A stretch of DNA of 64,000 nucleotides from Chiloscyllium plagiosum (GCF_004010195.1 NC_057737.1:39868556-39932555), one strand, 5' to 3'. Shown: positions 1-14,143, counted from the first letter of the stretch. The notes: generated by a model from the sequence alone, not told the origin. Numbers and translations: made by a program.

Positions 1-200
1 GACTCAGTGAGCAGGAGAAACTTCATGCTGATTACAAAGACCAAGCGCAGGCCATCAGCTTCTTAAAGGAGCAGATAGCTGCAGCTGAGAGAAAAATGAC
101 AGACTACGAGGCGCTCCAGAAATCTGAGATCCAACACAAGCAGGAGTTCAGGAACCTACAGGAGAAGCTTCAGGCACTGGAAGCTCGTCATTCTTCTGAA
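1..200 (+). CDS. CLIP2: CLIP2 coiled-coil exon (5' end outside window)
   Basis: Frame from nt 3 reads LSEQEKLHADYKDQAQAISFLKEQIAAAERKMTDYEALQKSE..., resembling CLIP2 as recalled (DYRAQAQAIEFLKEQISLAEKKMLDYE); donor GTATGA at 201, phase 0. Confidence 0.93.
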
Positions 201-1049
201 GTATGAGAATACACACTAAAAAACCCATTAAATATATCTCTGGTCTGTCTGTGGTAGGAGAAATCATGTTAGTCTTACTGTGCTCTGGTTAAAATCAACT
301 TCAACAATATAGAACAAAAATAAATAACAATTTTAATAAGTTGGAAATAATTTGATCATAATTAAATGTTAAATAGGCAATGTCATGGGTATAACTTTAT
401 GTGCTATTATATACATTGAGTTTAAGACCAATGTTACTGTTCCACTGAAGGGCAGGGGAATATAATGTATTTGCTTATGTGGAATGTAATTTAATGGTTC
501 AATAATTTTGAGCACAGCTGCTGCATATTTGAGTTCTTAATGCTGCAAATCACAGCCAAATACACAGGAGGCAAGGGCCAACAAAACTGCAGGAGGTTTA
601 ACCAGGTGTTTTCCAGGGTCTGTCCATGTCTCAGAAAATGTACCCAGTGAGTATTGGAGCCAAGACTCCGCCTTCACTCTGAGGAAGAGTTAACACTTTA
701 GCAGGCAGTGAGAGGACTTTCTGTCCTTGCCCTGGGTGACCGTGTTTGAGAGAGGACATTGGCCAGAGTTCCTATTTCTAATCACAGTCCGATGGAGGTC
801 CCTGTGCCAGATTCTGATGGCAGTCAGTGATCTAGGCTTATACCCCAACAGATAGTAGACAGCTTCACAGGAATTAAGCAATGAATATGCTAGCAGCCCA
901 TTTAATATCCAAATGAGAAAGACAAAGAAGGGGTTTTAATTTTAAACAGAGACATAGGGCCTGGTTATCAGCTGGAAACATACGTCCTCCCCACTCTGAC
1001 CTCCCCCACCCACATCCTTACCTTTCCCCAACCTCACCTCCCCCATATC

Positions 1050-1898
1050 NNNNNNNNNNNNNNNNNNNNNNNNNNNNNNNNNNNNNNNNNNNNNNNNNNN
1101 NNNNNNNNNNNNNNNNNNNNNNNNNNNNNNNNNNNNNNNNNNNNNNNNNNNNNNNNNNNNNNNNNNNNNNNNNNNNNNNNNNNNNNNNNNNNNNNNNNNN
1201 NNNNNNNNNNNNNNNNNNNNNNNNNNNNNNNNNNNNNNNNNNNNNNNNNNNNNNNNNNNNNNNNNNNNNNNNNNNNNNNNNNNNNNNNNNNNNNNNNNNN
1301 NNNNNNNNNNNNNNNNNNNNNNNNNNNNNNNNNNNNNNNNNNNNNNNNNNNNNNNNNNNNNNNNNNNNNNNNNNNNNNNNNNNNNNNNNNNNNNNNNNNN
1401 NNNNNNNNNNNNNNNNNNNNNNNNNNNNNNNNNNNNNNNNNNNNNNNNNNNNNNNNNNNNNNNNNNNNNNNNNNNNNNNNNNNNNNNNNNNNNNNNNNNN
1501 NNNNNNNNNNNNNNNNNNNNNNNNNNNNNNNNNNNNNNNNNNNNNNNNNNNNNNNNNNNNNNNNNNNNNNNNNNNNNNNNNNNNNNNNNNNNNNNNNNNN
1601 NNNNNNNNNNNNNNNNNNNNNNNNNNNNNNNNNNNNNNNNNNNNNNNNNNNNNNNNNNNNNNNNNNNNNNNNNNNNNNNNNNNNNNNNNNNNNNNNNNNN
1701 NNNNNNNNNNNNNNNNNNNNNNNNNNNNNNNNNNNNNNNNNNNNNNNNNNNNNNNNNNNNNNNNNNNNNNNNNNNNNNNNNNNNNNNNNNNNNNNNNNNN
1801 NNNNNNNNNNNNNNNNNNNNNNNNNNNNNNNNNNNNNNNNNNNNNNNNNNNNNNNNNNNNNNNNNNNNNNNNNNNNNNNNNNNNNNNNNNNNNNNNNN
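1050..1898. other. Assembly gap with C-rich low-complexity flanks
   Basis: Run of N. Confidence 1.
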
Positions 1899-4800
1899 CT
1901 CCCATGTCCTTACCACCCCATACCCTCCCCTTCCACCACCCCTACCTCTCCCTCACCCCTCCCAAATTCTCACCTCCCCCAAAGCCTCACCTTCCCCCAC
2001 CCTCATCTCTCCACACCTCCTCCCATACCCTCAGCTCTCCCCAGCATCCCCTTCCTCCACCCCCACTTCCCCATTCCCGTACCCTGGTTGGCTGAAATCC
2101 AGGCTACTGCCCCCATGAGGGTAGATGTCCACCTCCAAGAATTCTTGCCCGTTGACAGTGGTGAGCAAGCCAGGCTGGCAGTAAGCCCCTCGGTAAGCAG
2201 CCGCGGAGTAGGCCAGGCTGGATGAGTTGATTGCAAAGGTCTCACTGGAGCTGGCTAGGTAGGCCTGACGAAGTCGAGGTGAGGTGTTGAGGGGGTGGGG
2301 GGAGAGTGGGGCAACGTTTCCATGCTGGTGGGGGGAGGGAACCACTGTGGGAGACTGTCTGCCCAGCATCAGGGGGAAGCTTGAATGTGCCCTACCCCAG
2401 AACCCTCAGCCAGCTGCCAGGGTATATCTGGTAGCCTTGATGAGTGACCAAACTCTGCAGGTAAAGTATCAGTGGCAGCAGGAATTATCCCATGGGTTGG
2501 AGGCCTGGCATCTACTGGTATGGCCAAAGTGATTCACAACCTATCAATAGTTTTGATGGTGCAGCCAATTTGCAAATTGTAAGATGCCTTGAGCTGCAAA
2601 TAAGGAATTTTCAGTCTTGTTGACCAGGAAGATATATGACGTTAATGTCTCACTTGTATCGATTGTCATGAACACACCGTGATGCCTAAGAAAGGGTCTG
2701 ACCATCAGCTGAATCCCACTGTGGCCTGGACTTGGTCGGCTAAATTGCCAACTCATTCCAGATGCATTGTGGTCCCTGTTTATTGCAGCCTGCTCTTAAT
2801 GACGTCAGTGCTTGAAAGTCATAGCCACCACTTTGCTGCAGTCCCAGGCCAACAGCTCGAGAGCCAAACGTAAAGCATGAGGCTTTTATCAATGTAGCGA
2901 GCCTGTGATCCTGCAGTGAAGTGTCATTGTGGATTACACTGCTTACATTTGCAGTGAGCTTTGAACCCAGATCTCAGTGGCCCTTCCCCAAGCCAGCACT
3001 GACCTACCAGACAATGGAGAATACCAGCAGCAACTTGGAGGTTCTCCATCAGTTACAGATTGGAGCAGGAATCTTTGTCCTGGAAATGATAGTACCTTCT
3101 GGTTAAGAAAGTTTGAAAGGTCTTGATATAAAGTTGCGAGCTTGGTTGGTGCACAGTGGCACTGAGCTGGGGTTAAACAAGTTTAGGCTTCTTTCAATAG
3201 ACTGTCTCCCAAGGTGTGCTGTCTAACCATGCTGCCTATGCCAGGCTGTGCTGCACATTGAAGGTGTGATGCCAGCTGCAACATCCTCCCTATTTATGCC
3301 AAAGATTCTTGTGGCATTACCCCTAAGCTTTACAACAGTCTGGATGAATGGGTATTTGTCGGGCTATTCTAGCTTTCTTCCCTAACATTGCCTGAAGACC
3401 ATGATTATTTGTTCACCATGAGAGCAGAGGAGTACTCTCTGAAACCAAGGGTCTACATTAAAGTGTTTCAGAATCTTAAAGTTATCTCATTTCCAGGCCT
3501 ACTTGGTAGGAAGGTCAGAGTGGAGGAGAGGGTATGCGTCGTGCAACGTGCTGCATTATACACAAAGAAGCATCAACTCACAGGCTATACTTGCCTTCCT
3601 CTCCCCTTCACCTATTAACCCTCGGCAAACTAAGACACTGATCTCTTACTTACAATCACCAACTTGGACCCACGTATTTGTTTCATAAGTTTCAGTGCTG
3701 CAAAGTCTCTTCTTTTTCAATGAGAAAATGAATGCACTCAATTTTAACACGATTGTTTGATTTGTTTTGGACTGAGCTGGATTTGGAGATGAGGCAGATT
3801 TCTTCATGTGGATGGCGAAAAGAATGCACAGGCCCAAATCAGTCAAGGGAAAAGCATGTATTCACATGAAGAAACATTGTCGAGAAGTTGCAGCTTGCAT
3901 ACTAACTTTATTAGGCTTCTGGAACTTTCCTTTCTTGATGTCGGTTTCAGATTCTTTCAATGTATCACTGATGCTGCCACTCGTTTTTTTTTATTTAAGC
4001 CCCTCACTGTCTTATCGTTAACTGTGGCAGGAGGGGACAAGAAGCACAATGGTGAGATTCCACACGCTTGCCAAATAACACTGCATGTTATATTGTGTGC
4101 ATGGCTTTGCTGCAGTGCTCCTGCCTTTGGACAGTTCTGGGGTGCATTGCTGACAGCGTGTTCCTCTTGGTCAGTGTAGCAGTGAGGCTGCCTCACGGTT
4201 GAGTGGGGCTGATGGTTTCGCTCGTGCTATACAACAGGCTGCGACCTTGTTTAACTCTGCAGCAGCACTGATGGTGTTATCTCTTGCTTGCTTTTAGAAA
4301 ACTAACCGTCTTCCTCACTGTAAGGATCTACATGTGCCAGGAACAGTATAGCACACAATGCTGACTATAGAGGACATGCAGGTGGGAATGTGTGCCAAGG
4401 TGAGGGGTACTTAATGAGAAATGTATTAATATTACCTTGTGCTTTCCTTCTTTGGCTTCCACTCCTCCTTGAAGTCACTGCTTTGCCTCTATCACGATGG
4501 AGCTCCCCAGCCCAAGTGTGTAATTGTCACATTATCTACAAGCTGAGAGCTGCTTAATGAAGACAGTTAATGACTTTAATGTACAAACAAGCCTGAAGAC
4601 TTTAGACATTCTTGACCACAGAGGATGCAGTGATTCAGAGTTCTGTCATTAAGCCTCTTATCATCTCATTGGCTGCCCAGGAACCTAGTCTTCAGGAGGG
4701 CCAGTTGTTACATCCTGCGTATGAACACGAGTCGTAAATTAGAAGCCTCCTGCAAATAGTTGGATGTGTATCAACAGAGACCTTTACAATTGAATATGCT

Positions 4801-6557
4801 CCCTCAGACTAGACTGAATGGTTTCCTGCAATCTAGTAACCAAAACACCCAGTATAATTAGGCTGGGGCTCAGGCTCCACATATTACAGCCCTGTGCCCT
4901 CCAAGATTCATGGTGCTCCATTGTTTTGGCCATTTGGCTTCTATTGGTGAGTGCGAGAGTGATGCATTCCTGCAGTGCATGCAGACATCCATAATTACTG
5001 CCCTCAAAGGATCTGCCAAACAGTCTTCAATAGTCAGAAACACAGGATTGACAACAATGGAAAGAACCTCCTGCCCTCCCTAATAACTGTGCTGGATGAC
5101 TTCTTGTGCGCTTTGCTAGGCCTCTGTGTTGTTACTGTGAAAATGGGTCCTTGAGGAATACTTGGTGGTCCGAGAGAACGATTATGTTGCAGGCTTCCTG
5201 TGCCAATCATGAACGGCCTTTATCTGTGGAGGGGGCATCAGGATACACGTTGTCTGATTGGGGCCTACAAACTCTGCCAACCACATGATGGATCCAAAAC
5301 ACCAGGATATCTTGCTTCATGATTCTTTCCAGAATACGACATATTTTTCAAACCGGTATTATCCCTGACAACAAGAATACGATAAAATGTAATTTTACAG
5401 CAATCGAGCAGAGCAATTTATTCAGTAACCAAATAGAGGAAAGACCAGAGACAACAGGATATTGTCTTTCTCGATGGAAGGTAACATTTGTTGAAAGAAC
5501 TTCTAAAAAGGATTTGGGATTCCTTCAGAAATTTACTTGGTGAGAGGCTGTCAGACCAGGTACACCTGAGTGAACGATTTCATTTTTTTTGGTTCACCTC
5601 ATTTAACTCTTTTGTTAGGTGTCTTCTGAGCATCAAGATGTGCAATTGCATAAAATATAGATGCTTTCTAAAGACTCTTAAGTTGGCTGTGTTATGGTTA
5701 CAGAAGAAGATTACAGTATCGAGTTAGAGTATTGCTTCCCATGTACATTACATTCTTCCAATAAACAACTCCTAGTTTAGCCGTAAACACCTGGTCTGTC
5801 TGCATGATGTTTTCTGATCAATGTATAAACAGAAATCCAGCAGTGCGTCACTCACTGGGTCTAGCTCAGAGGGATGGTGGAGAGTCAGCACTGCATGTTC
5901 TTACAGAGCCATGCCTGGCCTTTGCTCATTGGAGTGGGGCTCCCTTGGTGAAAGCATTAGATCTACTCTGGGCATTTACAATAGGATTGATATTCTCTTC
6001 AATTTATTCAAGCAGCGATAGCTGAGGTTGTTAAAATGTCAGGTATGTGAATCCCATTCACCATGCCCGCAAAGTTACATCGCGAGATATAAATCTATTT
6101 ATGGAAATTAGATCTCACAAATCTTTTCCTGGGATTGTAGTCCTCTGAAGAAATTCGAATCCAAGTGGCTCTTCCTCCACTTTTTGACAGCAGCCATGAG
6201 ATGGGGTCATAATTAGCAGTATTTTAAGGGTTACTATGTTGCCCACCTAGTGCTGGCTAAAATATATAGGACGTGTTTGAGAGAAGCAGATGATTCATAA
6301 CTGGATCTGCAATAAAAGGAGTTGAGGCTGGAACAACTTATTGATGTTGTTCTACTCTGAATGCTTATGGAATTTCTCTGTGGTTCATACCCGTGCTAAA
6401 TTAATGCAGAGGAATTTCACATGAGTGGCAAGTGTTTGCATGAAGAACACCAGTTGTAATTTCCACTCTATAATCAGGACCGAGTGAGCATTGAGGGAAT
6501 ACTGAGAGTTCGAATCTCGACCATTACACCTCAATAATATTACTGATATGTTTACAG

Positions 6558-6615
6558 GCCATTGACAGCAATAACATCCTGAAAGAGAAAATGAAGATGA
6601 AACAGTCAATAGAAG
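6558..6615 (+). CDS. CLIP2: CLIP2 internal exon
   Basis: tttacag acceptor, AIDSNNILKEKMKMKQSIE, gtaat donor; 58 nt, phase 0 to 1. Confidence 0.88.
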
Positions 6616-6703
6616 GTAATTTCCAAAGTAACTTGAAGTTTTACTTGACGATATTTTTATACAACCTATGAGCTCAATTCTTACTTGTTTTGCCACCTTT
6701 TAG

Positions 6704-6787
6704 ACTTAATAGACAAACTTGGTAAAAGGGAAAAGGATGTTTCTTCAATGTCTTCACAGATTGAGTTATTAAAGACACAGATTGTCG
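6704..6787 (+). CDS. CLIP2: CLIP2 internal exon
   Basis: ttttag acceptor, (D)LIDKLGKREKDVSSMSSQIELLKTQIV, gtaagt donor; 84 nt, phase 1 to 1. Confidence 0.9.
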
Positions 6788-7081
6788 GTAAGTCAGTTGA
6801 AGACAGAAGTCATTTTGTATCACTGTAATGAAAAAATGCAGAGATCTGCTTTCTACATTACGTAAAAAATGAGCAAACTTTGGGAAGGGATGTCTAAAAT
6901 TTTGATAAAAAGCAATGTCTTCCTCTCTCCTTTTTACATCATATTCTCCAGTACAGAAAGAATGACAATTCATGAAAATGAAGAGATATAAATATTGAAT
7001 AAGAGCTTGTTATGCACTCTTTTGTGTGTAGAATATACTTGCTGAACTTATTTAGGTAGAAGCGGCCAGTTTGTTTCTCAA

Positions 7082-7420
7082 GGCACAGTGGCTCAGTAGT
7101 TAGCACTGCTGCCTCATAATGCCAGGGACTTGGGTTCAATTCTAGCCTTGGGTGACTGTGTGTGTGGAGTCTGCATGTTCTCCCTGTGTCTGTGTGGATT
7201 TCCTCTGGGGGCTCTGCTTTCCTCCTGTATTCCAAACATGTGAAGGTTAGGTGGATTGGTCATGTGAAATTGTCTTTAGTTTTGCAGGCTAGATGGATTA
7301 GCTATCAGGAAGGCAGGCTGACAGGGATAGAGTGGGTGTGGGTGGGAAGCTCTTTGGAGGACCAGTGTGGATTTGATGGGCTGAATGGCCTGCTTCCACA
7401 CTGTCAGGATTCTATGATTC
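7082..7420 (+). mobile_element. HE1-type V-SINE
   Basis: tRNA-like head (gtggctcagt...ggttcaattc), V core (gtgtggagt.tgca..ttctccc), CR1-like tail. Confidence 0.88.
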
Positions 7421-7918
7421 ACAATAAGTTTGAAGTGATTTCATATTAAAATCCTTTCATGGTCTCATTATTCTGTGTCTCTGTAATCTTCTTCAGCCCT
7501 ATAACCATCTGAGATCTGTGTTCCTGCTCTTGTACACCATACATTTTTTTTGCCCAATCATTGATGGTTGTGCCTAAATGGCAACACGCTCTTTGACCCA
7601 CCCAGAACCCACTCCCCAAATCCCCTTAACTCTCCACCTTCCTCTTGCTGCCTTTTAAGGTACCATTGCCACATTCCACTGAATACCTGTGGTTGAAATA
7701 GAACTTTGCATTCGGGAATGACCTAGCTGAGCTAGTGGAAAATAATGAAAGATAAGGGAAACTGGAACTGCATTTATTTGCAAACCCTCGATTATAATCA
7801 GCTAATAACTTGTCGGGGTTTCGCACGGTGGATTTGACTGGGTGTGTAGTTTCCCAGATATAGAACTTTCTACAGTGTCATTCTGTCAGATTAGTAACCA
7901 CACCTTTTACTTCCGCAG

Positions 7919-8075
7919 CTCTAGAACACAAGTCAAAATCTTCCGAGAGAAAAGCCGATGCAACAACAAAGGAGAAAGCCAAGCTGGAAATGGAGCTGGA
8001 GGCCCTGACCCGTAAATCCCATGATGCTTCAGGACAGCTGGTCATCATTAGTCAAGAGCTGCTGAAGAAGGAACG
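7919..8075 (+). CDS. CLIP2: CLIP2 internal exon
   Basis: ttccgcag acceptor, (A)LEHKSKSSERKAD...LTRKSHDASGQLVIISQELLKKER, gtgag donor; the HDASGQLV motif is characteristic of CLIP2. Confidence 0.95.
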
Positions 8076-9524
8076 GTGAGAATTCCCCGTCTTTTAAAGG
8101 CTGGAGATGCCATCCTTAAAGTCTGTACGTGGTGGGGAGGGGCAGCAAGTAACCTTAATGACCAGAGAGGCACGATTGAAAATGGGGCTAGAGAGGCAGA
8201 CTGCTGTGAGAATTTTTACAAATGTGATTCAGTAACCAGGGAAGGAATAATACATCTGTATAAATACCGGTCCCGCTAATTACTCAGCAAAGAGTTCACA
8301 CCAGATGTCGGAAAATTGTCTTGTGTTTGAGGCAGGTTGTTTTGGCGGATTATAAAACAAATGCTATTTTTGGATCCTGTTGAGCAGTTTATATCAACAA
8401 TGAAGTGAAATATTGCCTTAGGCTGAACAACGTGGCTTGAAGTTAGACTCATTCTGTGAAGCTGAATTTAAAAGCTGTTTCACCTTCCCTCTGACTGATC
8501 TGAACTCTTTAAATAGCTGCACCTAACTTACTGTCACCAATCAAAGCAGAGTCCTAAAATCTCTGGCTAGTGTAGTAATTAAACATTACAACTGTGTTGG
8601 ACCCAACCAAATAATGTGTGATGGCCAACAGTTTTCACACTGTTTATAAACCATTCGCTGTTTTTTTTTATTCTCAGTAATAGCGAAGCAGTTCTTCCAA
8701 AGAGCAGCAGCATTCACATCTGCAAACTCAACGCTTGCCTTTAAAACATTGCACCCTGCAAAATGCATCTGGTCCTTGGATATCCTGCATGATTGTCCTT
8801 AAGAAAGTGAAGAGTTAGGTTTGAATTGTTCTGGGTTAGCCACAGGCTGACTGGTCCTGTTCAGTAATTGTTGTGTACACAATCACTCACACAAACATTG
8901 GCTATCCCTCTGTTCAAGGCTGATGTCTGTTCAGGGACACGGGTTTACATGTGACTGAACATGTGGCTGCAGACCTTTGACCAGAGTGCCTCTCAGGTAA
9001 TTGAGCATGCAGTGCAGGATTCAGTCACCCACTTTATAAAGTTCACACTTTAACACACTTTCATTATTACTCCTCAGCTTTGCCATCTCCAGTTTAAATC
9101 ATAACAATAAAATGGTCTCCAATTTCCAAACATCCGACTAACAAACATTTGTACTTGTGAACACGATTCCATACAGGGGTGTAATTTCAAAGATCTGACA
9201 TATGAACATTTCCTGTATTTACAGCTGCTGTATGTTGGCCTGCATTGTTTTCCAACTTGTGCACATATCGACTTGCTAATGGACTCAGGAACTGTCACAA
9301 CCCGGGCACTGCGTGGATGTGTAATGGCACGGGTCTGATTGGTTACAAATGCCCTAAACACCTACCCATTGGGACAGCCTTCGCCTTTCTCTCATCTCTT
9401 TGCTATTCCATACCTTTATCCCATCTTCTCTTCTGCCCTGTTTGCCTCTGTTACTTATTGGCTTTCTTGTTCCTTTTTCAGCCAAAGGACTCCCTCTCCT
9501 ATGTGTCGACTAATAAATATTTTA

Positions 9525-9735
9525 ATACAGTCAAGAATAGCTTCTTCCCCGCTGATACCAGACTTTTGAATAGATCTCTTTACTATTAATGTTGATCTCT
9601 CTCTCTGCACCTTTTGGGCAGCTGTAACACTGTGTTCTGTTACTCTGATGTATTTGTAAAGTGTGATCTGCCTGTAAAGTGTATAAGACAATACTTTTCA
9701 CTGTACCTCAATAAATCAAATCAAATCAAATCAAA
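9525..9735 (+). mobile_element. Rex1/Babar LINE 3' end
   Basis: KNSFFPADTRLLN C-terminus, aataa plus (atcaa)n tail. Confidence 0.75.
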
Positions 9736-10339
9736 CACCTACCAAGGTCCCATTTCCAAGAGCCCCTGGGAATGCTGAAATTCACAAATGTGGAGCTCAT
9801 CAAAACTATGGTTAAAAATATCATGTGATTTTTTTGTACGCGGATATTGATTTTTGTTACTTATTTTTTGACGCAGATCGGTGTATTCACGGTTTGGACA
9901 CGGGATTTACTGTACAGTGTTTTTACTGTTTAAATCGATCCTGCTCAATTTGGCTGGGATCTACTCAATTAATATGGAACAAGCTCATACCATACTCTAT
10001 AAACTATTAATATTGATACCAACCAATGAATTATAGCATTTTTCTCCAGGAGAATTTTGTAAAGGTTAATTAAAAATTTAACAAACCCTTTTCTGTAAAA
10101 TTACTAAGTCTTAGCAGCAAGGTCCCAGAATAATTTGGTTATTTTTGAGATGTTGGCTGAATTCTAATAGTTTCCTAATGGAAGAAAAACCCATTTATTT
10201 CATTCCGTTTGCTGTTTGTAAGACAACGTTGCAGACAACAAATATTTGACTTTTATTGATGAAATATGCCCTCCCCTCTCATACAAAAATCAATCCCGCT
10301 TCAAATAAAAAGATATTAAGAAAGATGATTGGGGATTTA

Positions 10340-11510
10340 TGAGGAACTGGAGGTGGCAGGATTTCAGAATAGAATTCCAGAGCTGAGTGACATAGGGAGG
10401 GAATATCCAACAGACTAGATTCCAAGAAATACCAGGATTAGGGAGGGTGTAGAGCTTGTGATGTTATAGGAATTGAGAGGGACGAGATCCTAAAGGTATT
10501 TAGAATTAGAATTATGTTTTATTGTCATGTGTACTGCAGTACAAAAGTACAGGAGTACAGTGGAAAGTGTACAATGTTGCCATATGCAGCATCACCTTAG
10601 GTACGAACTACCTAGTTAGACATCTTAGGTATTAAAATAGAGAAATAAAGAAAGAAACTAAAAGTTCAAGTACTGGGATGAGTATTTTGAATTTGATGTG
10701 TTTGGTAAGCAGGAGCTCATGTAGAGCACTAGGGAGAACAGCAACTGGGACATGGTGCAGGTTATGACACAATTGGAAGGACTTCTGCTGAACTGAAGCA
10801 AACAGGAAATTCAAAGCCAGTCAACAGTTAATTTGAATGAAGTCCAAAGCTGAAATATGCCGATGTATGAACCAAATGAGAGTATTGTGGAGGTGAAAGG
10901 AGGTCTTGAAGGAGGAAAAGGACATGGGATTGGACATAAAGTTATGGTTAAATAGGGTGACTGAGATGCGTATAGTCTGAATTGACCTATCACAGGCTAG
11001 GAAGGGAGAAGCAATTGGAGATGAGGAAGAGGAAGATGGAGCAGAGGCCAAAGAGGAAAGTATCTCTTATCCCAAACAAGCTGTTGAATAAGCTATCTGA
11101 ACATGGAGGCAGTGCACAGTTTGCGAGGTTCTGATGAGGCAAAATTGAATCCATGATGAACCAAGATTTCTGCTACACTCCGACGAAGTTATAGTAGATG
11201 GAGGGACAGAAGGTCTGAGGAACTCTGGGGCACTTGTTTTTCGATGAGATTGTAACATCTAGGTCAGAAATAGAAGAGTAGATGATTGAAGAACTCCAAA
11301 GGACCTCTGTGCAGGGAGCAAAGAGCTGCTCAGATGCTGCAGCTATGATGGGAGAGATAGGAAGGAAACCAGCTGAAGGCAGTTGGACTGAACTGGATAA
11401 TGGTACAGAGGAATGAAAGGCAAGTATTATGATGAGCCATAACAAAGTCAAAAGAGAAAAGGCCATGTCATGAAAGCCTGACTGGATAGAGTGAACCTCA
11501 GAGCTGTGAG
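10340..11510 (-). mobile_element. Old L2-like LINE fragments
   Basis: Purine-rich + strand with degenerate L2-like 3' motifs (gaattccagagc); no intact frame. Confidence 0.5.
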
Positions 11511-11859
11511 AAAAATGGGTTCAAATTTGGAAAATAATAATCTTCAAGGAATAAAAACAGACTGGAAATGTTAGCAGAGAGATAAACAGGATTAACCTTC
11601 CGGATCGATGGTCTGTGCTGCTGAATGTTCCTGTTTTAATATCAAATTTCCAGTATGTTGCATTCATTCTCTGCACTGGAGCACTGAGGAGAGAAGAGAG
11701 CAATAAACAGGAGGCTAGTGTTTCACAAGTACAGAAGGGTTTTGGTCAGGATTTAAGAAGGGGAAATGTGAGGCTAAAGAGGGAAGGCATAATAGCTGAA
11801 GAGAGGGAAAACGTTTACAATATCAAGTAGCAAGGGGACCAGGAAAGACAATCTGTGAC

Positions 11860-12900
11860 TGAAACGAGGGGATTGAAGGTATGGTAGTTACATTTGTAAA
11901 TGACACAAAGCTAGGTGGGAAAGCTAGAAGGAAAGCAGAGTTCACATTTCGGGTCCAGACAGACATAGATAGGTTGAGTGAGTGGGCAAAAGTCTGGAAA
12001 ATATCAAGTTGCCTTTACAGGAAGAATAAAAAAAAGCAATATATTATGAATGGAAAACAACCGCAGAATTCACATTCTCCCTGTGTCTGCGTGGGTTCCC
12101 TCCGGGTGATCTGGTTTCCTCCCACAGTCTAAAGATGTGCAGGTCAGGTGCATTGGCCATGCTAAATTGCCCGTAGCGTTAGGTGCATTAGTCAGGGGTG
12201 AATATAGGGTAGGGGAATGGGTCTGGGTGGGCTACTCTTCGGAGGGTCAGTGTGGACTTGTTGGGCCAAAGGGCCTGTTTCCATACTGTAGGGAATCTAA
12301 TCTAATCTAATTCCAAGGTGCAGCAGGATCTAGCTGTTTGTGTCCATGAGTCGCAAAAGTTAGTGTACGGGTGCAGCAAGTAATTAAGGAGGTAATGGCA
12401 TACTACCCTTTATTAAAGGAGGAATTGAACAGGTATACATGGTTTTGATGGGAGTATATTTTGAATGTTTTGCAGTAATTGGGTCTCATTTAAGGAAGAA
12501 AATAATGCACTGGAAGTGGTTCAGAGGAGGTTTACCAGATTAATATTCAAAATGAGCAAGTTGTCTTATGAGGATGGACTGGGCTGACTGGGTTTGTGTC
12601 CTCTGGAGTGGAGGAGAGTGAGGGCTGACTTGACTGATCTTTATAAGATACAGTGCACTCTTGGGACAAGGTGGATGTGGGAAGAATGTTTCCTCTTCTG
12701 GGCAAATCCAAAAACATGGTGTTTAAGAGTTAAAGGCCACCCTTTTAGAATGAAGATAATAATTTTTCTTTTCTCTGAGAGGATCATGTGACTTTGGAAC
12801 TCACTGCCTCAGAACACATGAAGGTGGAATCATTGAATATTTTTAAGGTAGAGAGAGAGAGATTCTTGGTGGGTACAGGATCAAAAGTTATTGGTGGAGT
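11860..12900 (+). mobile_element. CR1 LINE RT 3' region (degenerate)
   Basis: TFVNDTKLGG (from FADDTK); LEVVQRRFTRLI-like segment. Confidence 0.85.
12072..12311 (+). mobile_element. HE1-type V-SINE, 5'-truncated, nested in CR1
   Basis: V core plus (tctaa)n tail interrupting a CR1 fragment. Confidence 0.88.
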
Positions 12901-13023
12901 GGCAAGTTTTGAGTTTAGTTTAGTAAATGGAATTAATTTTCCAATAGCTGTTCATTTCATAATGAATCAATTGGATTTATCAGCATGGATGAATGTTTAT
13001 TTGAATCAATTATAGTTTATAAT

Positions 13024-13340
13024 GGGCAGCACGGTGGCTCAGTGGCTAGCAGTGCTGCCTCACAGAGCTAGGGACCTAGGTTCGATTCCAGCCTCTGTGT
13101 GGAGTTTGCACATTCTCCCCTGTGTCTGCGTGGGTTTTCTCCAGGTGCTCCACTTTCCTTCCACAATCCAAAGATGTGCAGGTTAGGTGAATTGGCCATG
13201 GTAGATTGCCTATAGTGTCCAGGGATGTGCAGGCTATGTGGGTTAGGGTAGGGGAGGTGGGTCTGGGTGGGATGCTGTTCAGAGGGTCAGCATGGACATG
13301 ATGGGTTGAGCAGTCTGCTTCCACATTGTAGGGATACTAT
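13024..13340 (+). mobile_element. HE1-type V-SINE
   Basis: gggcagcacggtggctcagtgg head, box B ggttcgattcc, V core. Confidence 0.9.
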
Positions 13341-14143
13341 TTGACATATTTTCAGGGAATTTTCTCAGTAATACTCTCACCTGCATCCATAATTTCAGCA
13401 GACGTCCCAGAGAAAGCAAATGGACAGGATTATAGTCGGCCTTCCCTCATTACAGAGACCCTTTGTTGAAAATCCACATGAAGTTTCTAGCCACGTTCTT
13501 TTCAAGTGAGACACCTTTTGAGATGTGACACTTTAGGTGTGTTGCTATAAGTGTTGTAATGTTAGAAAAATGCAAGACTTCTAGTGAGATGATGAGGAAT
13601 TTTCCTCAACGATAAATGTTTGGAAGAACACAGTGGTCGTGGTTGCGAGTGTGTCGGGGGTGGGAGGGCTTTCGGTTGGTCGGTCCTCCCTCCGGGATAA
13701 CCTGGTGCTGTGGCTGCATTGAGCCAGGCTTGGAGAGCAACTTCTCAAGCACCAGGCCTCTCAGTCTGGCTTTGAGCTCTCATAAAGGAAATTACAGTCC
13801 GCCTCCTTAAATTAACCTTAAGCAGTCCTTGTAGAGCCAACTCAGCTACCGATTGCCCCCATCCTGCCTCAATGGAATTGGCCTGGGGTCTTGCTGGAGC
13901 CAGAAATCTAGCTGATTGGGATGCTGTTAGACCAAGCACAAATCTACCTGGGCTTGAAATCAAACTATTTCTCTTCGATTTCAAAATTCAGTCGAACTAA
14001 CAATATCATGGTCACTAAGCATTCGATCTGCACTGGATTGAGATACTTGCACATAGATGATCATTTGTACTTCTCCCTTCCTCCCACTCCCACTGGTTTG
14101 CGTCTGACTCATTGCCAAATCTCTCAATTATTCATGAAACCAG

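Noticed and set aside
942-1916. 324-aa and 295-aa ORFs
   Set aside because: Artefacts of translating the N gap.
1899-2095. Pro/His-rich ORF
   Set aside because: C-rich low-complexity DNA beside a gap; no splice or homology support.
4298-4399. AG/GT-bounded 102-nt segment as a CLIP2 exon
   Set aside because: Has a TAG in the required phase 0, and the flanking exons already join in frame with CLIP2-like sequence.
7082-7150. tRNA genes at SINE heads
   Set aside because: A/B boxes belong to tRNA-derived SINE heads followed by the V core; no complete cloverleaf.
6616-7918. Apparent loss of the LQDKLNKRDKEV exon
   Set aside because: The exon is present at 6704-6787 after an 88-nt intron.
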